NCBI RefSeq assembly: GCF_009914755.1
Contig: NC_060947.1
Strand: one strand, 5' to 3'
DNA length: 64,000 bases
Source: the human T2T-CHM13v2.0 reference genome, Homo sapiens
The notes below the pieces were generated by a model. The model searched no databases and had not been told where the DNA came from. It saw only the letters and a list, made by a program, of their open reading frames with translations. A program made the translations under genes and the position numbers. Positions 48,679-64,000 of this stretch are shown here, in pieces; position 1 is the stretch's first letter, and each line of letters begins with the position of its first letter.

Positions 48679-50648
48679 GTGAACAAATAAAAGAAGAAAT
48701 TGAATCAGTGGAAGCTTGCTAACACACGTATACATATCTAAAAATGTTTCAGGCACAGGAGAGGAAGAGGAGAAAAAGAAAAGGAAAGTATCCTAATGTT
48801 ATGTTAGAGGTTTATACTGAAGTGTATGGATGAAATGATATGAAGTCTGGTATTGGCTTTAAAATACTGGGGCTGTTTAACTAGGGGTGGAGAAGTGAGG
48901 AAATAAAATAGAACGTTGATAACTGTTGCAGCTGAGTTTTGGGTACATAGGAAGTCACTATTCTATTTGATCTACTTTGGTGTATATATACAAAAAGTTT
49001 ACAGTGAAAAGGTTTTAAATGAAGAAAAGAAATGGATGGAAATATTCACAAGTAACAATATTAACATTAGACAAAATATATTTTGAAGTATAGAATTTAA
49101 AAAGGGATAAACAGAGGAAGTTCTTAATTTAAAACCATGCAAGCCACCAAGAAGACGCACCAATCGTGAGCATTTATATGTGTGTGTATGTGTGTGTGTG
49201 TGTGTATGTACTTTTGAAATACATAAAACAAAAACTGACACAAATGGGGAAAATTTTGCGAGTATTCAGTTACAAAGGAAGAATAATATATCTCACAGAA
49301 ACTGACAAGATCAAATAGATGAAATATGTAAGACACAAAGACTGGAATAATACAATCAATAAACTTGGTATTTGATATAGCTATATTCAATCTTTATTTT
49401 GTACTCAAGAGAATGCACATGTTTTAAACATGAACAAGACACCCTTAAAAATCCTTGCACTAGTGCAACAAAATAATAAATCTTTAAAATGATATCACAA
49501 GGCAATATTCATAACCCACAATGAAATAAAAATGGAGGTAAAAGCAAAGAGACAATAAATATTTCAAATACCTGGACATTAAAAGCACTCACATACAATT
49601 AATACTTGGGTTAAGGAGGAAATTAAAATGGATTACCAACTACCTAGTATTATGAGAGCGCTACATATAACATCTATGGGCTGGGAAAATTAATATACTT
49701 AAGATTATTTATATCATAAAATGCATTTATTAGTAAGCAAGAAATTCTGAAGATGAATTATCTAAACTTTTACTACACACTGTAGGAAAGGAAAATGAAA
49801 TACCCACAAAGGAAGTAAGTAAATGTTAAAAACAGAAATTAATAAAATAATGAGCAAAACATTACTAATCAGGGAATTGCCTATTGAGAACATAATGAAA
49901 TACTCTCTTATATCCATTCATTTGGTAAAAATAAAGCAGTTGGGCAAGATTAAATGTTGGTAAGGATCTCTTATACAGTTTTGGTGGGAATGTAAATTAG
50001 GGAAACCACTTTGGAAAGAAGTTTAGCATTTCCTTCTATAATTGGACATTCATACACCTCATCACACGGCAAGTCCACTCCCAGAAATAGCCCCAAGAGA
50101 AGCTCTTGCCCAGGTGCCCCACAAAATATGTAAAAGGACATTCATGAAAGCCTATTCATGTCATAAAAACCTGGACACAAACCAAATGCTCACCAAACGA
50201 GTAAAAATGAACAAACTACAGTAATATTTAACAACACAAAGGGATGCTAAGTGAAAAAGTGTAAATTGCCAAAGATTATATAAAGTATGATACATTCATT
50301 ACAACATTTTATTATGAACATTTTGGGACATAAAGAAAAGCTAAAAGAATTTTAAAGTGAGTATGCACAAAACCACAACCTAAAAATCTATAACAAATAT
50401 TTCAGTATATTTGCTTTATCTCATATCTATTCATACACATATCTTTCTTTTCATTCATCAACGCATCTTCTTTTTTTGATGCATTTCGAATTATGTCACA
50501 GTCATCAGCACACATCACCCCTAAAGTTTCAACATGCATATCATAAACTACAGTTTAGTATTTGTCTATATTCTAAGGCAAAATTTACACACAGTAAAAC
50601 ACACAAATCTTATGTGCACTATTTGATGAGATTTAACAAGTGAACACA

Positions 50649-53600
50649 GACTTCTAGTTTCAGCTCTGACATGTTAAGAGCTTGGAAGTAATCACTCCCA
50701 TCCTTGCAAAAATAATAAAGGCTGAACAAACTGAAACTCAATGACTTTTCATAGGCCGTCAGAGAGTTTAGGTCACAAGGCAAACTGCCACCCCCAAATC
50801 TGGAGAGACAGACAAATACAGAGAATCACAGCTGAGATCAGCTTACTTTACCTGGAGCAGAAGCTGCTGGATCCCTAAGCAGATAGGAACACTTCACTGG
50901 TGATTTTGACAAATTGCTAGAGGCTGAATATGAATAGCTTGAGAATGAGAAACCTCTTATGGAGGTCTCACGCTTTCCTGGGTTTTACCTCCAGAAAGCC
51001 AAGAAGGTCCTCAGATGAAGATCTAAAGACAATCCCCTCACGTTTCTGGCAAGAGGAGGGCAGGAGGGTAAGAGGGTTCAAGTTGCCATTTTGAAACACA
51101 CTCAGAGCTTTCTCTATAACGAAGGACTGCTCTCTAGGGGAAGAAATTTTTCCAGAGACTTGTCTACCTGGGTGAAGGGCACCCAGTCAAAAACATCCTG
51201 TATAATCTAAGGGGAGAAAAAAAGGCTAAGAAATACTTTTGAAGGTCACAGCCCAGAGACTAAGGCCCACAAAGAGAGTGAGATTTAATCATAAGATAAT
51301 GGAACATTTCCTCTCTTTCACTCCTTACTACTGCAGTATAATAACAGTGAATTAAAACTGAAAGAGCTGCAAGACACAGACCCTATTTAATGAAGGCGTT
51401 CTTAGGGAAACTCAAAGACACCAGGGGAGGGAAAAAATAAGAACACTGGAGAAACCTGAAGCCTCTGGCATCTAGAACTACAGCAAACATTAAACACAGA
51501 CCAGCTCCTAGATTAACATAAAACCTCATACTAAAGATCTGTATTTGTTAGATACCTGATACATCATGTCCAGCATTCAACAAAAAATTATAAAACCATG
51601 CTAAAAGACAAGAAAAAATATAGTCTGAAGAGGCAAAGCAAGCATCAGAACCAGACTCGGATATGACACAGATTTTGAAATTATCATGTAGCGCATTTAA
51701 GAGAACTATGATTAATATGTTAAAGGCTCTAATGTAAAATGTGGACAACATGTGAAAACAAATGGGTAATTTAAGAAGAGAGATAGGAACTCTAAGAAAA
51801 TCAAGAGGAAATGCTAGAAATAAAAAAACACTATAACAGAAATGAAAGAATGGCTTTTGTGGGCTTGTAAGTAGCCTGGACATAGCAGAGGAAAGAATCA
51901 GTGAGCTTGAAGAAAGGTCAATAGAAACGTCTCAGATTGAAAAGCAAGGATAAGAAAAAATGAAAAAAAAGCACAACAGAATTTCCAAGAACTGTGGGAT
52001 AATTACAAAGAGTGTAAAATATGCATAATTGGAAAGCAAAAAGAGAAGAGAGGAAGGAGCAGAAGAGAAATATTTGAAGAAATAATGGCAAGAATTCTAC
52101 AAAATTAATGGCAAACACCAAACTGCAGATCCAGTAAGCAGGATGTCTTAGTCCACTTAGTGTTGTTATAAAGGAATACCTGAGGCCGGGTTATTTATAA
52201 AGAAAAAAAGATTTATTTGGCTCATGATTTGGATGATTGGAAAGTTCAAGATTGGGTATCTGCACCTGGTGAGGGTCTCAGGGTGCCTCTACTCATAGTG
52301 GAAAGCTGGCATGTGCAGAGATCACATGGTGAGAGAAGAAGGAAGGGAGAGTGGGTAGGTGCCAGACTCATTTTAACAACCAGCTCTCCTGGGAACTAAT
52401 AGAGTATAAATTCACTCATCGATGAGAGAGAGCATTAATCTACTCATGAGGGATCCACCTCCATGACCCAAACACCTCCCATTAGGCCCCTCCCCCAACA
52501 CTGGGGATCAAATTTCAACACGAGGTTTGGAGGGAACAAACATCCAAACCATAGCACAAGATAAATACCAAAACAATCTACACTAGTCGTATGATAGTCG
52601 CACTGAAGAAAACCAACAACAGAGAAAATATTGAAAGAATCCAGAGGAGAGGGAATCTTACCACTAGAAGAACAAGATTAAGAATTACATTGGACTACTT
52701 GTTGGAAACCATGAAAACAGTAAGAGAGTGGAGAGGCACACTTAAAGTGTCAAAAGGAAAAACCCAACAACCTAAATTCTAGATCCAGTGAAATTATCCT
52801 TCGAAAATGAAGGAGAAATAAAGACTTTCAGATAAACGAACACTGAAGAAATTCATTGCCAGTAGATCTGCCTTGCAAGAAATGTTGAAAGGGGTTCCTC
52901 AGGGAGAAGGAAAATAATCTAGGTCAGAAACTCAGATCTACTAGGAAGGAAGAGGAAGAATAATTAAAGTTAAAATATTTTATTTTTCTTATCTTATTCT
53001 TAATTGATCTAATAGACAACTGTTCAAAGTAATGTATTATATATACGATTATAGCATATTTATAAGTGAAATAAATGACAGCAACATTATAAAGGATGAG
53101 AGGAAGGAATTGGGAATGCTCAGCTATAAAGTACCTGTACAACCCATGAAGCAGTATAGTGTTAGTTGAAAGTGGACTTAGATTAGTTGTAAATGTATAT
53201 TGAAAAGTCTACGGCAACTGCTAAAAAATATTTTTAAAAAGTGTAATTGATAGAGGAGAGAGGAGAGAAAATGGAATCATATAAAATGATTAATTAAAAC
53301 CAAAGAAGGCAGAAAAAAGGGGAAGATAAAAAAGGAAAAAGTACAAGTACAATAAATAGAAAACAGTTTAAAAGATGGTAGATAATTAAACTACATCAAT
53401 CATCGCCTTAAATGTATTAGTCTGTTTTCACACTGCTATAAAGAACTGCCCAACACTGGGTAATTTATAAAGGAAAGAGGTTTAATTGATTCACAGTTCA
53501 GCATGGTTGGGGAGGCCTCAGGAAACTTACAATCATGGCAGAAGGCAAAGGGGAAACAGGGAACCTTCTTCACAAGGCGGCAGGAAGGAGAATGAACACA

Positions 53601-53960
53601 GGAGGAACTACCACACACTTATAAAACCATCAGATCTTGTGAGAACTCACTCACTATCACGAGAACAGCAACCGGGGGAACCACCCCCATGATTCAATTG
53701 CCTCCACCTGGTCTCTCCCTTGACTGTGGGGATTATGAGGACTACAATTCAAGATGAGATTTTGGGTGGGGGACATAGCCAAACCATATCAAATGTGAAT
53801 CTTATAAATACACCAATTAAAAAACAGGGAGTGTCAGAGTGCATAAAAAACCAAGACCCAACTATATGCCAATCTATAAGCAGCCCACTTTACATATAAA
53901 TATACAGATAGTTTAAAAGCAAAGGGGATAAAGAAAGGTATATCCTGCTAACACTAAGTT
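50649..53960 (+). mobile_element. Ancient L1M 5'UTR/ORF1/ORF2 start, with MST (~52143-52557) and THE1/MST (~53413-53791) insertions
   Basis: 'gacttctagtttcagctc' 5' end; decayed ORF1 ('tccttcgaaaatgaaggagaaataaagact'); 'aagacccaactatatgc'. Confidence 0.7.
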
Positions 53961-56092
53961 TAGAGCATTCTAATTTAGGAACATTAAACAAAAACATTCC
54001 TAAATGAAATAATAGCAAATAGAATCCAATAGTACATTAAAATAATAATAATATATCTGTACATCTATTATATATCAATAATTTTTTTAAAGTATAATAC
54101 ATCATAACTAAGTAGGACTATATTAGGGTTAAAGGGAAGTTTTAAAATTTGGCAGTATATTAATGTCATGTTAACTGAATTAAACATAGGCAAAATTCAT
54201 TGAGAGAAAAACCAATACACAGGATTTTAATAACATGAAAGCATGCTCAACCACCCTCATACTAAGACAAAAGTAAATTAAAACTACACTTGAGATATCA
54301 TTTCCCACCTCCCAGATTGGCAAAATCTAAAAGCTTAACAACCCATACTTTTGGTGAAATTATGAGAAAACTAATACTCTCATCTATTGCTGGGGTGAGT
54401 CAAAACAATACAATCCTATGGAGATGAATATGGCAATATTCAATAGTTCAGTTGTTTCTCAGTAGAGCTCAAATAAATCAATGAAATCAAGTCATCAGCA
54501 TGATTCCAGTCACTAGAATCAAGAAGCATGAAGATATTAGATTAGAAGTAAGAAAAAAATGTGGTTTCAGAGCCAAGACAAACATCTGAGGACCAGTATA
54601 TCTGACATACTGCAATTGGGGAAGAAAACTGCAATTGATGAGTACAGATTATGTGTCCAGGAGTTCTAGTAGAATATTATAGCAGTACTTATCATTTATT
54701 CATTGCACTGATATTTCTTAAGCACTAATTGTGTGTTATACAATGTATCTGCAATCAGAAAAGCAGTAAATCTGATGCTGGGACATGACTATAATTATTC
54801 TAAAAAAAAACCCTACATGCACAGGGAAGGAAAATTCTTTAATAAAAAATGCCAGCTAATACAGAAAAATAATAGAATTAGAGAAGCACATTTTGCCACC
54901 CTAAAGTTAATGATTATTTTAGGCAAAGATCATCAATGGACCCAAATTAAGGTTGTCGAGGTACAAATAATTTGCAAAAGTTTTACTGGAAGCCAAATGT
55001 GAGGATCAACCCAGGAAGACACACCAACAAGGTTGATCATGTTCAAGTTTGCCACAGGCTGAAGGGCTTTTATGGGAAAATTTAGAAGAAGGGAGAAGGA
55101 CTCTTCATGTCAGAGTTGTCCTTTTTATTGGAGGGTGTAATATAGAGGTTATAATCATTAACTATAGATTATAACACATATGCTAAAATGTTCTACACGT
55201 AAGACAATCAGTAAAACTTTATGACTTAGCAAAAAATTTGTAAAACATCATGATTTGGAAACAAATTAGTGTCCTTTTTAGTGTCAGTAGGTTATGTATT
55301 AATCAGTTTGTCAATAGTTTGAGGAACTTATAAGATTTTTTACTCCAGGGACAGGAAGTAAGCCATGAATTCTAAGACTTCCCTGGGTGGGTTAATTTGG
55401 AAGCCTGCTAAATGTGACCTGTCAGTTATAAGTGCTAAAACCATTTTTGTGAATGCTTCTTGGGGAACAGATTATTCACAGGGTTCCCAAAGAATGACCC
55501 CACAGCTAAATACAAAGGGCAGAGGTGGCTTTTTTTGCAATGGAGAGATTTGGTGGTCCATCCCTTAACCAAGAAGTCAAACTTAGTATAATATTACCAA
55601 CAGAGTGAAGTGACACATGCCTCCAGATATGACTTACCGAGAGGGACACATCACCCATGTAGTTTTCTTTTCCAAGTCGTTTGGCCTGAATCCGTTTTTG
55701 AGAAAACAGAAATGCAGAACCATCTGTAACTGTAACCATCTGTAACAATTGACATAAGCCCTTCAAAAATATTAACATTGTGACAGACAAAAAAGGCTGG
55801 GAAACTATTATAGATTAAGACTAAAGAAGAGATTAGAGACTAAGGAGATACGACAACTAAATGCAATGCATGAACCCTGTTTGGATACAGGATTTTTTTT
55901 TTTAGTTGTAAAAAAAAAATTGGAGCTAACTAGAAACATATGGAATTTGGACTGCATAATATTTTTGTATCATTGTTAAATTTCTTAGGTGTGATGAGAT
56001 TTTTTTGGGGGGGAGGTGTCATGGAACTGTTCTGTATGCTGATGGTGGCGGTGGTTACACAAATCTACACATGAATTAAAATTTATGAAACT

Positions 56093-56564
<472 letters not shown>

Positions 56565-57483
56565 TTAATTAAACTGTACACCAAAAAGTCAATGTTACTA
56601 TATGATAATTTAAACATAAAATTTTAAATCGTTTAAAAAAACCTCTCAAATTTCTTAGGGGTGAGAATGGGTTTGTGGCTATGCAAGAAAATGTCCTTGT
56701 TCTTAGGAGAGTGGAAATCTACACAGATGATCCAATGAGAAAAAGCAGAGACTTTTCAGAGCTTACTACAGTAAGGTATTGGGCCATTATCACTTGGCGT
56801 TTGTCAAAGACTCAAAGGCAGGCAGAAGAATGGGAAAGCTTTATATGTAGTAGAAAAAGGGGAAGGCTTCAGGTGTGTCCTGATTGGAGGGTGTTGGAGT
56901 GCACAAGCTGGAGGTGGACTAACTGAAGTGGGGCATCCTATGCGATTGATTTGGGAAGTAGATTTGGCTTTTTCTGGTTGGCCCTGAGTTGGAAATTGGG
57001 TTAAAAAAATTGAGAAGCTAGATGTCATCAATCAAATCCTGACCATCTGGGCTGATTGCTACTGAGGTTGTGGTTTGGCTTCCCATGCTTATTGCTGTAG
57101 AGGTTGTAGGTCAGGATTCTATTGTTATATATGGTCTGGCCATTGCCTGTTTGTATATTCAGTCCCTCAGGAGATACATGCTGAGTATATATCCTGCTGA
57201 GTATAAGGAGCATGATGTCTGCAGCTTACTGTACAAAGGTATTGTAAAACAAACACGGTGGAGTCCTCAGTTTCTCTGTTGCCTTCTACCTTGCACCTTT
57301 CATCCTTTTTTGCTATCTCTCCCCTGCCCCCATGAGCTCTGACTAGCAGATAAGCCACAATGTTTGCAAAAGTAATCCTCTAAAAATACTGTCCTGAAGG
57401 GTTCTGATTGAGCAAGGGGCACAAAAACAGGAACGACCCTGCCACCAACTACGAGTTTCACTTAAAGTCAAAAACTGCTATCC

Positions 57484-57603
57484 AGGCCAGGCATGGTAGC
57501 TCACAACTATAATCCTAGCACTTTGGGAGGCTGAGGCAGGAGGATCGCTTGAGGACAGGAGTTTGGTATCAGCCTGGGCAACATAGCGAGACCCCGTCTC
57601 TCT

Positions 57604-57668
<65 letters not shown>
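57484..57668 (+). repeat. Alu left arm followed by (TG)n of ~30 units
   Basis: Directly visible. Confidence 0.9.
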
Positions 57669-57671
<3 letters not shown>

Positions 57672-58359
57672 CACACATACAGCTACCTAAGCCAAAAGCA
57701 AGAACACATATTCCACTTTCCCTCATAAAAACCCTGACCCTGCTTCAATCAGGACATCACCTGATGCACCTCAGCTGAATAAAGCCTTTAAGCTCTATAG
57801 CAGTCACTTCAATCATTTTCTTTTGACTCTGTTTTTAAATGATGGGGCCTGTATATATGCAAACAGAAATATAAGGCAAATGTGACATAGATGAACAATT
57901 GTTACTTCTAGGTGGAAGGTATTTGAATATTCATAGTGCAATTCTTTCAACTTTTGTGTAGGTGTGAAATTTTTCCATTAAAAAGCTGGGTGTAAAATAA
58001 ATAAGGTATTATTGCTTGCTATCTACTGAAGTATGTAAATGGTTGTGGTTATTGGTCCTGAGGTCCCTGCTCAGCCATTGAACCTGATACTTTTCACAAA
58101 GGTTTCTTTGACTTCTGTCAGTGGAAGACTTTGTAAAATGTTTTCCCCTACTAAAGGGAGGCACACAAGACAAGAGTGACCAGGAGACCTTGGCTGTGGA
58201 TTAATTTTTGCATCTGCTCTAGGACACAGGTGCTCATCATTATGTCCTTAGCTGCAGATATAAAAATACTCGAACTTTGCATTCTTCTTGGTTTTCAACT
58301 GGGTACCCACATAGATGTAAAGAATCCCGACTGACCTCTCTATTTAAAGTGGCAGTTCT

Positions 58360-59167
58360 GGAAATCAGTATATGGAAGAAATACCTGCACTCCTATGTTT
58401 GTTGCAGCACTGTTTACAATAGCTAAGATTTGGAACCCACCTAAAGGTCCATCAACAGATGAATGGATAAAGAAAACATTGTACTTATACATAATGGAAT
58501 ACAATTTAGCCATAAAAAGAATGAGACCAGTCATTTGCAACAACATGGATGGAACTGGAGATCATTGTTAAGTGAAATAAGCGAGGCACAGAAAGACAAA
58601 CATCGCATGTTCTCACTTATTTGTGGGAGCTATAAATCAAAACAATTACGGAGATAGAGAGTAGAAGGATGGTTACCAGAGGCTGGGAAGGATAATGGGG
58701 GGCTGGTGGGGAGGTGGGGATGGTTAGCAGGTACAAGAAATATAGTTAGAAAAAATGAATAAGATCTACTATTTGATAGCACGATAGGGTGACTATAGTC
58801 AATAATAACTTAATTGTGCATTTTAAAACATAATTTAAAACATAATTTTTTTTGAGATGGAGTCTCACTCTGTCGCCCAGGCTGGAGTGCAGTGGCACGA
58901 TCTTGGCTCACTACAACCTCCACTTCCCGGGTTCAAGCAATTCTCTGCCTTAGCTTCCCGAGTAGCTGGGATTACAGGAGTCCGCCACCACACCCGGCTA
59001 ATTTTTGTATTTTTAGTAGAGACGGGGTTTCACCATCTTGGCCAGGCTGGTCTTGAACTCCTGACCTCGTGATCCACCCGCCTCAGCCTCCCAAAGTGCT
59101 GGGATTACAGGTGTGAGCCACTGTGCCCAGCCAAAAATTTTTTTTTAAAATAAAAACTAAAAACATG
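58360..59167 (+). mobile_element. 5'-truncated L1 (L1MA/PB-like) with a minus-strand Alu (~58846-59132) in its tail
   Basis: L1 3' motifs; TSD aagtggcagttct (58347-58359 / 59168-59180). Confidence 0.85.
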
Positions 59168-59965
59168 AAGTGGCAGTTCTCCCAGCATTTCCAACTCATA
59201 CCACTCCCCTATAACATACCCTCTTTAGCGGTTGTCACCTTTGTAATTTGCTCTTTTAAAATGCTTATTGCCTCTATTCCCTGCTAGGATGTTAACTCCA
59301 TGAAGTTAGGGATTTGGGGGCTGTTTTGTTGAACCAAACATCAAGTACCAAGAACAGTGCCGGATGGTCAATTCATCAAGTATTTATAAGTTCTCCATCT
59401 CTTTGGTATTTCATACATTACTTATACCAAATTAATTTTATTATAGCAGTCATGTCGTCCAGAGATGCCTGCAGAGTCTTTTGGGGAAATCATTAATATT
59501 TTAAGAAAATGACTCTGAAGTGCGTATTTTGCTGCCCTCTACATTGTATAATAAAGATACTAGAAATAAAGCAGTTGATTACTCCATATATGTAAGAAGC
59601 AGAAATCACTGCAGTATCAGCATGAACAAGTAAATGAGCAAACAGTAAACAAATACAATAATTTCTGATACAAAGGAAGGCTATGAAGAAAACTGAAGCC
59701 TGGCGAAGAGCTCAAGTGTTGGGATAGACCAGGGAAGAAAGACCTCTGAAGACGAGACATTTGAGCAGGTAAGTGACTCGATAGAGTGACCCATGGAGCC
59801 AGGGGCAGCAGTAAATGTCAAGGCCATGGAGCACCTGCCTCCCTGTTCATCCCACCACTAGGTGGCATCTCTGGGCTGCAGCCAAATGTTTTCTTGCCCC
59901 ATTAAAGGGAGAGATGCCACTTTTCTCCATACAGATTTTTTCTTTTTATCAGTTAGATATTTATC

Positions 59966-60406
59966 TGTATTAGTCAGGGTTCTCTAGAGGGACAGAACTA
60001 GTAGGTGATATATATATGAGTTTATTAAGCAGTATTAACTCACACAGTCACAAGGTCCCACAATAGGCCATCTGCAAGCTGAGGAGCAAGGAAGCCAGTC
60101 CGAGTCCCCAAAGCTGAAGAACTTGGAGTCCGATGTTTGAGGGCAGGAAGCATCCAGCAGGGGTGAAAGATGTAGGCTAGGAAGCTAAGCCAGTCTAGCC
60201 TCTTCACGTTTTTCTACCTGCTTTATATCCTGGCTGCGCTGGCAGCTGATTAGATGGTGCCCACCCAGATTAAGGGTGGGCCTGCCTTTCCCAGCCCACT
60301 GACTCAAATGTTAATCTCCTTTGGCAACACCCTCACACACACACACAGGATCAATACTTTGCATCCTTCAATCCAATCAAGTTGACACTCAGTATTAACT
60401 ATCACA
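59966..60406 (-). mobile_element. MLT2A-type (HERV-L) LTR
   Basis: 'tgtattagtcagggttctctagagggacagaac' through 'attaactatcaca'. Confidence 0.88.
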
Positions 60407-60759
60407 TTATCTAACATCTTAATTTTCCCAATTAATTTAAATATGTAGTTACTTTTAATAATATAATTAGCTATGATCGTGCCACTGCACCCCAGCCTGG
60501 GTGCAGAGTGAGACTCAGTCTCTAAAATGAATGAATGAATGAATGAATATATGCACCTACCACCCAAAAGAAAAGGTACGGACTTGATGATAACCTCTAT
60601 CTATCCATGGAGTCCCCCAATTTGTTGCCTTGCCCCCACCCTCAACTGAGGTAAATATCATCCTGAATCCCAAGTTCGTCGTTTTTAAATTTCTTTTTAA
60701 TGTAATTTTATTGCAACTACACAAAATCCTAAATAGTTCATATCCTTTATATTAGTAGC

Positions 60760-61174
<415 letters not shown>

Positions 61175-61253
61175 TAGTTCATTCATTATGACTCCTGTTG
61201 ATGAGCATCCATTTTTTTTTCCAGGTTTTGCTGTTGTGAACAGGATGCCATGC

Positions 61254-61922
61254 TGGTATGGCTTGAATATTTGTCCCCTCCAAAACTCATGTTGAAATTT
61301 ATCCCCAATGTAGCAGTATTGAGAAGTAGGGCCTTCAAGAGGTGATTGAGTGTTGAGGTCTCTGCCCTGCCCTCATGAATGGATTACCCCATTAATGAGT
61401 TACCATGGGAGTGGAACTAGTGACTTTATAAGAAGAGGAAGAGAGGCCAGGTGCAATGGCTCATGCCTGTAATCCCAGCACAAGGTCAGGAGTTCGAGAC
61501 CAGCCTGACCAACATGGTGAAACCCTGTCTCTACTAAAAATACAAAAATTAGCTGGGCGTGGTGGCGCGCGCCTATAATCAGGAGGCTGAGGCAGGAGAA
61601 TCGCTTGAACCCGGGAGGCAGAGGTTGCAGGCAGCCGAGATCGCACCACTGGACTCTAGCCTGGGCGACAGAGAAAGAATCCGTCTCAAAAAAAAAAGGA
61701 GGAGCGACCTCAGCTAGCATGCTCAGCCCCTTCACTGTGTGATACCCTGTGCTACCTTGGGACTCTGCAGAGAGTCCCTACCAGAAAGAAGGCCCTCACC
61801 AGTTATTGCCCTTCAACCTTGGACTTCTCAGCCTCCGTAACTGTAAGAAATAAATTCCTTTTCTTTAGAAATTACCCAGTTTCAGGTATTCTGTTGTAAG
61901 CAACAGAAAACAGACTAAGAAA
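61254..61922 (+). mobile_element. MST-type LTR with an internally deleted Alu (~61445-61697)
   Basis: 'aatatttgtcccctccaaaactcatgttgaaattt' through 'cagactaaga'. Confidence 0.8.
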
Positions 61923-62476
61923 CATGCATATCCTAGGTTTCTTGTGCAAGTGTTTCTCTTGGTTACATTCATGAGAGTGGACTCACTGGATTGTTAAGGT
62001 ATGTATATATTCACTGTAGGAGAAAATGCAAAAATATTTTCTAAAGTGGTTGCACTGATTTACATTCCTTCAACAGGGCAAAAAGATCCTGTTGGCCCAC
62101 ATACTCTCCAACTCTTGGTATTGTCAGACTTTTATGTTTTTGCAATTTGAATGGGTATAAAATGTCATTTTTATCATGTCTTGATTTGTATTTCCCTTAT
62201 CACAAATGACTTTGAACATCTCTTTATATGTTTGCTGGCTCTATATTTCCTTCTTCTCTGAAGTGGTCTAACAGAACTTTCTTTTTTTTTTTTTTTTTTG
62301 GTACTATTATGACATCCAAGAACACTAACAGTGATTCTTGGCACTCTATTAGAAGTGTATGCATGCCAAATATGCTTCCACTGATTCCATTCTTCTTTCA
62401 TTTATTCATTCAACAAACATTTGCCCAGACCAGGGATGCAGGGGCAGAATGACAAGCTGGGATAATCAAAGTTCAA

Positions 62477-62868
62477 CTGCTATGGTTCAAATGTTTGTCT
62501 CCTCTGAAACTCATATTGAAATTGCCATTGTAACAGTATTAGGAGGTGGGGCCTTTAAAAAGTGAATAGGTCATGGAGGCTCCATTCTCATAAACTGATT
62601 AATGCTGTCACTGAGGGAATGGGTTAGTCACCTCAAGAGTGGGTTGTTATAAAGTGAGCCCAGTCCCTTGTGCTTTCTCTTTGTTCATACACTTGCTTGC
62701 CCTCTTGTCCTCTGCCATGGAATAATGCAGCAATAAGGCCCTCACCAGATGCTGGCACCAAGTTGGACTTCCCAATCTCCAGAACTATGAGCCAAATAAG
62801 CTTATTTTCTTTATAAATTACCCAATCTGTGATATTCTGTTACAGTAGCAGAAAATGGACAAAGATAC
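62477..62868 (+). mobile_element. MST/MLT1A-type LTR
   Basis: 'tgctatggttcaaatgtttgtc' through 'tttctttataaattaccc'. Confidence 0.8.
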
Positions 62869-64000
62869 CAACTCTCTAAAAAAATTAAAATGAAAATCGG
62901 ACTATAAAAATCTGCCTTGCTATTCATCAGGATGGAAGAACAGACACATATAAAGCCAAATGCAAAATTCACAGGAAACATTATTTCTTCTAAGGACAGG
63001 CTGCAGTTGTAATGCCATAAAGAACCCCTACTTTAAGTGCCTATTGCTTTCTTGGTCAATGAGAAACTTTGTTCTCTACAATCATAGACTATCAGAAACT
63101 TTGCTGTTTGAAATGATATCAGTAAGAGGGAAACATCTGATTCTCATGGGAGATTCTAAGTCACTTCCAGACAGAGAAGCAAGATTCAATTTTCAACCCA
63201 GGTGCAAAGCTTTAGGCAAGAGTTATCTGGGGACACAAAATTCTACATCTAAATTGTTTCCAAGGAAACAGCACTCTGGGTTCACTTCACAGTCCAGACC
63301 TGACAATTACCCTTTACATACAGCCCTGCTTTCCTTTGAGCCCACTAAAACACTGCTTCATTTAATTTCATCTGAACTCCACTATTCCTCAAAATCCTAT
63401 AAGAACTCTATCTTTTCCTTTGCTTAGTGAGCTGCCCATGGTGCCCCTGGTGTGCAGTCTCCCTTATTGATTGCTGGATCTGTCAGACTAAAAATTAGTT
63501 TGAGGCTAATTGGACTAGGACACCTCTAACCTTCGAGATTGTTAAACCGAGGGCCAGAGGGGATAAGACTGGATTGAGAGCCCCCAGCAAGTCCACACTT
63601 CAGCCTACACCAGGTCCTCTCAAAATATTTTTTTCACCTGAGGATTCAGAAAGGCTTTCAGGAGGGCACACAGGCTTCTAGCTCTGTCAGGATTCTCTGG
63701 AGGAGGAGATATTTGAACTTGATTTTGAAGGATGAATAGGCATTCTTAGGTGAAGGACTGCACGACTTCTTCCCCTTCTGCTCCAGTGACATCTCCCAGA
63801 GGGCAGGGGCATCTCCAGAATTTACACATTGGAGGTGATATGGAGCAGCAAACTGGTTGAAGGGTAGAAGCAGAGCCTTGTATTAAAGCTACATTTCCAA
63901 AGTAAGGGCACCATGACCACATATATTTTACTTCATGAGGAAATAAAAATAATAAAGTTTCCTAAAGATTTTTATTGACATATTGCATTGGACTAAGGAC

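Noticed and set aside
62960-63427. 155-aa ORF
   Set aside because: No recognisable domain; appears to lie in LTR-like sequence

Overview
Repeat-dense primate (human-like) genomic DNA with no intact cellular gene, most consistent with the Xp11.3 WASF4P region beside the KRAB-ZNF cluster (locus assignment is from recall). It contains: (1) a decayed minus-strand C2H2 zinc-finger exon (~4.7-6.9 kb); (2) an older + strand L1 (L1PA3/4-like, 3' end missing) interrupted by a full-length antisense L1PA2-like element with open ORF1, ORF2 and ORF0; the inverted arms share at least seven apparently non-consensus substitutions, suggesting gene conversion; (3) a ~200-bp local inverted duplication with a fold-back junction; (4) a nested stack at 27-44 kb in which a MER41 ERV has the structure of an L1-made processed retrocopy (R-U5-int-U3-R-polyA, 15-bp TSD); a full-length WASF2 retrocopy sits antisense in its R region, between a TATA/GAS-bearing promoter and the LTR polyA signal. 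The rest is Alu, old L1, MaLR/ERV LTR and DNA-transposon debris. Repeat family names and consensus comparisons are from memory, and many boundaries are approximate.
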